Positions 54,296 to 64,000 of a DNA stretch of 64,000 nucleotides are shown here, piece after piece. Location of the stretch: assembly GCA_964016885.1 (NCBI GenBank), contig OZ024749.1:25854001-25918000 (forward strand), in the 5' to 3' direction. Below the pieces are notes generated by a model, which made no database searches, was not told the DNA's origin, and saw only the letters and a program-made list of their open reading frames with translations. Source of the DNA: Eledone cirrhosa. Its lineage: Eukaryota. A program made the translations under genes and the position numbers. The stretch's first letter is position 1, and every line of letters starts with the position of its first letter.

Positions 54296-56982
54296 CATAT
54301 ATATATATATATATATGAAAATATATATATATAAGGTGTCTACTGAAATATATACAGATATATATATACATATGTATTACAGTAGACACCGACTTAATAC
54401 CCAAGATATTACAGTAAGAAAATACATCCATTATGGATTCATGAAGTTATATAGATGTATGTATGTATGAATATATGTACCTATGTATGTGTTCATATTT
54501 ATGAGTGTATATGTATGTGTTTGTATGAGTGTATGTTTATATGTGCGCATGTGTTTGTTTCTGTGTGTGTGGGTGTGTGTGTGTGTGTGTCTCAGTGCAA
54601 CAGGAATATTAGGGAAAATATACAATACAATTATATAATGAAAAAGAATGTAAGATTGAGAGTGGGGTGAGTGAGAGAGTGTGAAAGAGGGAGGGGAAAG
54701 AGAGGTGGGGAGAAATGAAATAATGAGAAAGTGTGAGAGTGTATTTCTATGTGTTTAGATGTTTGTGTGTGTGCGTGTTTCTGTTTTTCTGTATGTGTGT
54801 TTTTCTGAATATATCTCTATATGTGAGTTTTACATATTTGAATGTCAGTATGTATTTGTGTCTGTATGTCTTTATATGTGCTTGTGTGTTTGGGCCTCTT
54901 TCTATATAGGTATGTACGAGCATATATATATGCGTGTGTGGGTGTGTGTGTATGTGTGTGTCTTTATATATGCTTTTGTGTTTGGACCTATTTTTGTACG
55001 GGTGTAGATGAGCGTGTATATATATATAAATGTGTGCGTGTAGTGTGTCTATGTGTGGGAGAGAAAAAGAAAGAGATAGAGCGGGGTAGAGTGAGGAAGA
55101 AAGAGAGAAAGTGAGGGAGATAAAGAGGGAGAGAGAGGGAGAGAGAGCTGTCAGATTTTTGTTCCTTATCGGATTAACTCGTAGACATTTTGATAAATTA
55201 GACGTCTCACTTAAGTTGCAGTCTACAGCACATTTGAATATATGTAAAGATGTATATATGATAAAGTGAAGAAGTTGCACAGTCGTTAACATATTTCGCT
55301 GTATTCGTTCCGCACCTGTGCCTTCTCAGATCAAATACCACCGAGACCAACATTGTCAACCGTCCTTTCGAGGTCGATAAATAAAGTACCATTTCAATAC
55401 TGGGGGTGGTGTCGATTCCACTTCTAACTCTCCTTCGGACTTTCTCCCGAAAGAATCAGCTCTATCCGGATCTGACGTGGGATGTACTTCATCAGGTTTA
55501 AATACTTAAGATACTTAAGTCCGTATCACAATGGGCCCCATATATCATCATCAGTGGTTGAGGCACCATGCATGCATGTGTTTATGATTACACTGCTTGC
55601 AAATGAGTTAGAGATTCAAACTACTAACCGAGAAGCTAGTGGTTCGATTCCACGTTCTATTAGGCTAAAGCGTCCTGGCATCAGTGGGCTAAAACGCGTA
55701 ATTTTCAATGTAAAGTCTCTAATAGGGTTCAGATAAATAAGATATTTAAGTGACAAGAGATTGTTAGCAGATGTGATCAAGGTAGACATCATTAACTGGT
55801 AGGTTTGTGATTCAAATCCTGTATCAAACAGAAGGCAGCATTGTTGAATCAGTGCATTAAGATTCGAATCTCTCGACATAATGCAATCCATAGTACATTT
55901 AGACATAATATTTGAGCGAGAGAGAATGGGATTAGATTTACCAGACAGCAACCGAAATGTTAGCGTTCCTCAGCAATGTTGTTTGTGTAGTTCGTGTAAT
56001 GTGTGTCTCCCTGGGCTTTTCTTCAGTCTGCCACAGCAACCAAGCACTGATAGAAACTACTCTGTAATCCACATCAAGCCTAATTAAACATATACCTGGA
56101 GTGTCTCTAAGTTGACTCTCAGTGAGGTAGATTAAATGTTGTAACTACTTGTTTGCGAAATGAAATATATTGCTTAACGACATAGCCATATCTGAATCAC
56201 GAATGGATGGTCTCGTACATCCTGAAGGAGCCGTTGGGGCGCCGTACTGACCTTTTTAGAGCAGTTTTAAACCTGGCGGAGTCAATCCTTCTCCGGCTTT
56301 TTATAGGGAGTGAGAAAATGTAAATGAGAAAAAGCTATAGAGGAATCAAAGATCACAGGACTGGACTGGCCTGGTATTTTTTTGTCGACCTCGAAATCCC
56401 CGTGGGGATTTGAAATCAGAGTGTAGAGAGTAGAAACGGTTCACGAAAAGCATGCTATCCGAAGTTCTAACGACTGTTGATACGCCGCCATATCTGCACC
56501 ATATTTAGAGATATTTAAATCCGTTTAATAAGGCTATCACACTTTTTACAGCAATGATACATATTCCACTTTGCTGCCGAGTCAAAGATTCCAATAAACA
56601 CCTGTAGCCGACAGACATATTAGCAAATAACTGATATTATGAAATCAGTGAATGAATTAAAATGACAATCTAGAAGTTTTGCACTGAAGCAAATTGGTTC
56701 TATAGTAGTAAAAGCTGGGCAATGATAAAAGAAATTTGAAGATAAGGTAAACGTTAGACATTGCTCTCTTTAACATGTTGCAACCGGATCTTAGTCTTAA
56801 CAAATTCTCATAATTGTTTTCTACTTTTGACACAAGGCCAGCAATTACCCGGGTGCATTACTGGTGCTTTATTATTCGAATTATATTCGATGAAATAAAG
56901 CACCAGTAATGCACTCGGGTGCACACAGCGGCGCATATATACACATAAATATGTACATTTATATGTATATACGCATATATAT

Positions 56983-57416
<434 letters not shown>

Positions 57417-57420
<4 letters not shown>

Positions 57421-57733
57421 TATTAAAATAACAGATTAAAGTTTAAGCAAAGAATCGCTGTTTTCACACTTAACGGGATCTTCTGAAACAAAGTCAATCT
57501 GTAAACGCAGAAGTGTATATTTCAAACGTTTTTTGAAATATCCACTTCTGCGTTTACAGATTGACTTTGTTAGTTTCAGAAGTTCCCGTTAAGGGTGAAA
57601 ACAGCGATTCTTTGCTTAAACTTTAATCTGTTATTTTAATAAATAATATATATATCTACGGTTCTTATATATTTGATATATATTTATCCTTATCGAGCCC
57701 TCTTTGGACTTTAGTCTTCAAATTTATTATTAT

Positions 57734-57738
<5 letters not shown>
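57417..57738 (+). mobile_element. Fold-back family B terminus
   Basis: ~110-bp arms centred near 57529, then the common tail. Confidence 0.85.
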
Positions 57739-57786
<48 letters not shown>

Positions 57787-57791
<5 letters not shown>

Positions 57792-57922
57792 ATAGGGAGA
57801 AAAAGATGATTATTAGGAAGAGAAAAAATAAAAGGCAAAAAAATATTATTTTTTCCTAATAATCGTCTTTTTCTCCCTATTTCCATATATATATATATAT
57901 TCCAACTCGTGTGCTCCTTCTC

Positions 57923-57928
<6 letters not shown>
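57787..57928 (+). mobile_element. Small fold-back insert
   Basis: aaatagggagaaaaagatgattattaggaa / ttcctaataatcgtctttttctccctattt. Confidence 0.65.
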
Positions 57929-57953
<25 letters not shown>

Positions 57954-58054
57954 CATAAAACATGTCCATAGAATCACCAGATAAAATATATACCATTTCC
58001 TCTCCCAATTAGCATAATTAACCATATAAAAATCGATTAGACCAAGCTATAAGA

Positions 58055-58085
<31 letters not shown>

Positions 58086-58105
58086 TATGTATATATATAT
58101 ATATT

Positions 58106-58211
<106 letters not shown>

Positions 58212-58335
58212 GTAGGAGGTGAGTTTTATTGTAGCACAATAAAGCAATGCAAATATCTGATAAGTAGTACTCAACAGTTTATAGGACTGGAGTATAAATA
58301 ATATAAGATCAAAAGATGGTTAAAAGAGTTCCATG

Positions 58336-58397
58336 TATTTTATTATGCGCATTTCAAGAACAAATGGATGATATTTGCGTTCTCATCAGATAAAATA
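58336..58397 (-). ncRNA. Type I hammerhead ribozyme within the 58211-58460 terminus
   Basis: tattttat-CTGATGA-gaacgcaaat...atttgttctt-GAAA-tgcgca-TA-ataaaata. Confidence 0.85.
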
Positions 58398-58845
58398 GGG
58401 AGACTTGATATAAAGCTTAAAAAACACTTGCGAGCAGTGAAGTGTTAAATCAACATATATATGTTGACTTAACCCAGAACTTAAAGGGCCATACATCTAT
58501 GCTGCAAATATATACCGATACTATCAATTCACCGCCCTTCACAAATTGTAACAATTAATAGTAAATTACAATAACACAAACTTTCTCAGCTGATCATATT
58601 TTACATTAAAGGAATGGTTAATTTTCAGTCTAAAATGGCTAAATCAGTGTGATTTTGAATAATTCAAATAAAACCGAACCGGCTTGTTATTTTGGAAGAC
58701 ATTATGGAAAGACATAACATTCCAAGCCTTTACTCCTAGTTAGATCGTAGGGACGCCTTACAGATATATGCTGTGTCTTAGGCATTTATAACTGGTGGAG
58801 CCCATCCTTTTCCAAGTCCGAACACAGTCGATGTTTTCCATAAAG

Positions 58846-58985
58846 AAGAGAGAGAGAGAGAGAGAGATAGAGAGGGGGAGAGAGGGGGGAGAGAGGGGGT
58901 AAGAGAGAAAGAGAGTGAAGGGAGAGAGAGAGAGAGAAACAGAGATAGAGAGAGAGAGAAGGAGAGAGAGAGAGAGAGAGAGAGG

Positions 58986-59020
<35 letters not shown>

Positions 59021-59149
59021 AGAGAGAGAGGATGAGAGAGAAGGGAAAGAGCGAGAGAGAGAGAGACAAACACAGAGAGAGAGAGATGGGAGAGAGAGAG
59101 AAAGAGATGGAGAGAAAGAGAGAGAGAGAAAGAGCGAAAGAGGGAGAGT

Positions 59150-59220
<71 letters not shown>
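58846..59220. repeat. Degenerate (GA)n tract; a (CT)n tract lies at 59826-60070
   Basis: Visible. Confidence 0.95.
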
Positions 59221-59221
<1 letters not shown>

Positions 59222-59723
59222 CCGAATGAAACACAGAAGAAGAATCGTTGCAACATTGAACTGATGTTTCATTTATCAATCCCAGAAGACTGTGAAGCAA
59301 AGTAAACTTACCATTCAGAACGCGAAGAGGGAATATCATTAGACATTCTGTCCAACGTTCTTACATCTCTGTTAATGCGACGCCATATTTACGAATCACA
59401 AATGTATGTATGACAAGTAAATTCCTCTGTCATTACGCTGCTGTGTTGTCTCATATGCATCTTTCCAGATGTTTGTTCGAGCAGCTGTGACCTTGCGCAC
59501 ATTTTTCTATAATACCATTGTTGTGCACGAAACTGCGTATTCAGAGTGTGGTCGATGAGAGTGTTTTGATGTTTTTGTTCTTTCATCTCACCATCACAGT
59601 TCTTTGCAACGCAGACGCACGCATAAATACACACAGACAACACATATATATATGTATAGTATATAACATATATAACTATATATATGTGTGTGTGTGTGTA
59701 TAAGTATATACATATGAATATAC

Positions 59724-59781
<58 letters not shown>

Positions 59782-59914
59782 CCAAGCTCTTAGTATTCTT
59801 CCGACGCAGAAATCAAAATTGTTTGCTCCCTCTCTCTCTCTCACTCTCGCTTTCCCTCTCTCTCACTCACGCTCTCCCTTTCCGTTTCTCTCTCTCTCGC
59901 TCTATCCTCCTCTC

Positions 59915-59950
<36 letters not shown>

Positions 59951-60370
59951 TATCTCTATCCTCCTCTCTCTCAATTTCACTCTCCTCTCACCCTATTCTC
60001 TCTTACATTCAATGTCTTTCTCTCTCTCTCTTTCTCTCTCTCCCCCTCTCTCTCCCCCTCTCTCTCTCCCTGGTCTGTACTGCTCTGCTCTGATGGATGA
60101 GCTGTGACACTTGTGAAGTAACCAAAGCCCAACCTTCACTACTTCGGTTCCTCCACTGAATACACTAGACATTAGACAGACATTGCCAATTTCACTGACA
60201 TTCCATCCGTGTACGTCTAGCAGAGTTTCACCAAGAGATGAGACATGACGGAATTACTTTATCAATGTCTCATCAGATATCAATCGGATACCAATGCATC
60301 ATCGATACGTTGAAAATAACAAACCACAGAGGAACAGGATTACTACAACAACAACAACAACAGCAGCAGC

Positions 60371-60424
<54 letters not shown>

Positions 60425-60425
<1 letters not shown>

Positions 60426-63400
60426 TTTTCTTTATTAACCACAAGGGTTTACATAAAGTAGACATTAAGGACAGTACAGGACAATACAGGACGGAATAAA
60501 TGGGCATTTCTGCGTGTAAAAACGAAAACAGAGGATGTAACAAAAAAATAACAATGAAAAATAGGGGGGAGACTTCGGAGGGACATTTGTGGAGAAAGCC
60601 CATTAAAAGACCACAGTGACCCTGATCACCAGGGCAAGTGCCATCTCCCAGTTTTCCACCTTTAATTTACAGACACATACTCAGAGTAGGCCCATTACCC
60701 TCGGGACATACTTGCTTCTCTCACCCATCTTTCAACAAAATGCTGGGAAGAGAGCACTTCCCTCTTTACCCTGATTTTCCTTTTCAAATGAAATTTGAAA
60801 AAGTTAATCAGGGCATCACCGAAGAGGTAAGTGCTCGTCTTCAGCCCTTTCAAACGTGTCCACCATACTATCTCTTTCGCCATGACCACCAGACAGATAA
60901 AAACTGCCTGCCCTTCATGGCTAAAGGAAGAGGGCGGGGCAATCCTCACGATGGACTCAGCTGATAGCTGGATCCGTCCTACACGTGACAGCAGGTGTTC
61001 GACATAAACCCACAAGTCAGCAATGCTCGGACACTGGACGAGTGCGTGCAGGACGGTTTCGTCGCCCTGCGCGCATCTCGGACATGCCCGGCTGACGGCA
61101 CCTCCATGCCTGTAGAGTTTATCCCGAACTGGCAAAGCTCCTCGGTAGCACTGCCAGGCCAGGGATTTCTGGAAGTTGTCCATAGGCCCTGGCCCGAAAG
61201 TCCTTCCGAAGAGATTGGCTAGTTGATTTTCGTCGACGCCTAGAGTTTCTCCAAGTACGTCGTCGATTTCCCCTCCACTAATCCTCTATAGAACGCCAAG
61301 GTGGAGTTTCCACCGATCATATTGCCCGATTGGTCGAGGGCTGTGAGCACCTGAAGACATTCCAGTCTCCAAGCGCTCCCTCTCGGTCTTCGCTTGACCC
61401 AAGACTGCAGCTCCGTCAAGGAGACGTACTGGGGAAAGACGTGTCTAGAAAACGGCGACCACACCTGATCACCGTCGAGGAAGAGGTGGAGATGTCGTAG
61501 CCTGAGCGCGTGTCTGCGCATCATCAGCCACGGCATGCCCAGCCCTCCACGTAGCAGGTGTTGACAGCAGATGGACCGCCTGACCATCGGAGCGCGTCCC
61601 TTCCACAAGAAGCGAAAGAGCAAACGCTCCAGCGCAGTCAGGCGGGGCTTAGGACAAGGTACGACGGTCAGGGGGTAGTAGATGACGGACGCGATGTACG
61701 CGTTAGCCACCTCCGCTCGACCTTTCAGGGATAGCTTCCTCTCCGCCCATTTCTGGGTGAGATAAGGCACCCTGCTCGTAACCTCGTCCCAGCTTTTGTC
61801 CGTCTGGAGGTCCGGACCGAACCAGACCCCTAGCAATTTAACCGGACCGTCCGTCCAGCGCCCGACGACGGCATGGACCTGCCTCTCCAGGCCCACTGAC
61901 TTTTCCTGGTTGATCATTGCTCCTGTCACCGCTTCGTATTCTCTTAGTGTAGTGCCGATCGCCTCGATGTGTTTGGCGTTCGACACCACTACGGTGACAT
62001 CGTCCTCATATGCTGACACGGATCTTCCGCATCCTAGTTCGCGCGGGACCCCCCTCAACGTCTCCAGTTTGTGCAGTAATGGCTCGAGAGTCAATACGTA
62101 CAAGAGGGACGAGAGGGGACATCCTTGGCGGACCGAGCGCATGATGTTGAACGGTTCCGAAAGGTGACCGTTCACTCTCACCACAGAGCAGATGTCGCTG
62201 TGCATGGCAGCGATCCAGCCTCTGAAGACGGGCCCAAAGCCAGCCGTCCTCAGAACTGCCGCTAGGTAACGATGGTCGACCCTATCGAAAACTTTCGACT
62301 GATCTAAATTGATCAAGGACCCACCCGTGCCAGGTTCCCTAGCTACATCCTCTACGATGTATCGCATGAAGTGGAGGTTGTCGTGGATGGATCTGTCTGG
62401 AATCGCGCATGTCTGCGCCTCTCCCACCAAACCACCAACGACAAGCGCCAACCTCTTTGCTAGCACCTTGGCCAAAATCTTGAACTCTGTGTTTAGCAGA
62501 GTTATGGGCCTGAAATTATCTATGTTATCCCCCTTGTTCGGATCATTTCTCAGCAGCGCCACAGCTCCTCGACTCACAGAGCTGGGAATTCTCCCGTTCT
62601 GTTGCCAGTTGCAGTAGACGTCCGCCAAGAGGCCTCCGAACAAGTCTGGCATATGTACGTAAAGTTCATAGGGCAGACCATCCAAACCAGGCGATTTACC
62701 CCTTGTGCAGCCAGTCATTTCCTCCCGTACTTCAGCGGCTGTTATCGGCTTTTCGCAACACTCCGCCTCAGTGGCCGAGAGCCGCGGCAGTCCGTCGAGG
62801 TAGACACTAAAGTTCATCCCTCGATCCGGCCCGCCGCTTCTCCCGAACAGCTGTGCGAAGTGTCGCTGAAAAGCTTCACACATTTGCCCGGGATCGAGTA
62901 GCATGCGCCCGTCGTGGTCCACCAAAGACCGGATCGTGGCTTTGTTGCCACGAAGCGCCTCCGCCACTCGGTCCCATTGAACGGCTTTCTACCCTCGTGT
63001 CTGAGAGCACGCACCCTAGCTCTGACAACGCAGCCTTCGTGCTTTGCATTGAAGAATTGGTCAAGGGCCAATTTCGCCGCAAGTACGTCGGACGCGATGC
63101 CTTTGCTAAGCGCCTCGTCTAATTTTCTAACTAATTCTCCCTCTGCTCTATTTTTCTCTATTGCTAAAGCCTTACTAAACCTAATGGACTCTATTCTAAT
63201 TGCTCTTTTCAGAGCAAACAACCACTTGTTGTTGACGATGGCCCCCGTCAACGCTCGCTTAACTAGTTCGCTAATCCGGTCTCTGTAGGCCTTGCACGCT
63301 GGTAAGGACGCGTTTAGCTTCCAGTAGCCGGGTCCTCGTCTATGAAGCCTATCTAAGTCAAGCACACAGATCACGAATTTGTGGTCCGTGTAGCTGACTA

Positions 63401-64000
63401 TCTTGAATTGTGGACAGCCTATACTAGACCTATCTATTTCCCTACAAAATACTCTATCTAGATCTGATCTGGATGACCCTCTACGATATGTCCAAGTCCA
63501 CATTGGCACATTCGGGAAAACCAATCGGTACCTGTCAGACAGTTCAAAACGCCTGAGAAGTTTGTGAGACTCTTGCACCCTCCTCCCCTATCCATTAACC
63601 CCACACAGTCCCAGCGTACATCTAAGATCCCGTTCCAGTCGCCCACTAACACTAAAGAGCGGGACGTTCCAAGAAAGGTCTCCAGACGCCGGAAGAAATC
63701 AGGCCGCCCTGTTCCTGTCGGGGCATAGACGGCCACTAATCTGAAAGCTTGCCCGTCTCCGCTGATCACGTCCAGCACCACTAACTTACCTTCTGGGTCC
63801 AGGAAGATGGCCCGTATGGCAAGATCCAAACCTCTCCGAAAAAGCACAGCAACTCCTCCCCCCGATCCCGGACGGCTGGGAGATGCGTACACATCGTAGC
63901 CGCCGAAGATCGGTGCGAAGGCCCGTGCTTCGAAGATTCTGGTCTCGCTGATGGCCACTACATCTATGTTTAGTGACCTGAGGTCGTTGAGCAGGTGGCC
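60425..64000 (-). mobile_element. Tx1/L1-clade LINE, extending beyond the window
   Basis: ORF2 pieces, then a 3' UTR with aataaa that ends at an (ATT)n tract. Confidence 0.95.
60695..64000 (-). pseudogene. LINE ORF2: APE endonuclease, RT and Cys/His zinc finger; frameshifted
   Basis: ISET, VYAP, GDWN, YTDH, GYWKLN; KSPGLDG, RPITLLN, QGCPLS, AYEDD, GGLG; CPRC...ETVLHALVQC. Confidence 0.95.

Overview
This is AT-rich, microsatellite-dense eukaryotic DNA. The (TA)n abundance and the SINE type suggest a cephalopod such as Octopus, which is an inference only. Almost all ORFs in the track are microsatellite artefacts. The supportable content is: (1) three 5'-truncated Penelope-like retroelement (PLE) remnants with RT-thumb and GIY-YIG coding sequence, two Naiad-like and one Neptune-like; (2) about 20 short non-coding inserts in (TA)n tracts, from about 10 families, most of them asymmetric fold-back palindromes, many carrying type I hammerhead ribozyme (HHR) motifs with palindromic stem III, including U3-A8 core variants and a 418-bp tandem HHR repeat resembling a retrozyme; (3) a 14.8-kb array of a 42-bp unit that may encode a ~4,900-aa Thr-rich mucin domain, broken by one 1-bp deletion; (4) a frameshifted Tx1/L1-clade LINE at the right edge; (5) many tRNA-derived SINE copies. 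The most notable signal is a recurring geometry. The long arm ends at the true 3' end, while the inverted arm ends at a fixed internal TA-like site. Different families are also joined head-to-head. This suggests that both strands of the (TA)n target prime reverse transcription of ribozyme-processed RNAs. All motifs were read by eye; no folding or database search was run.
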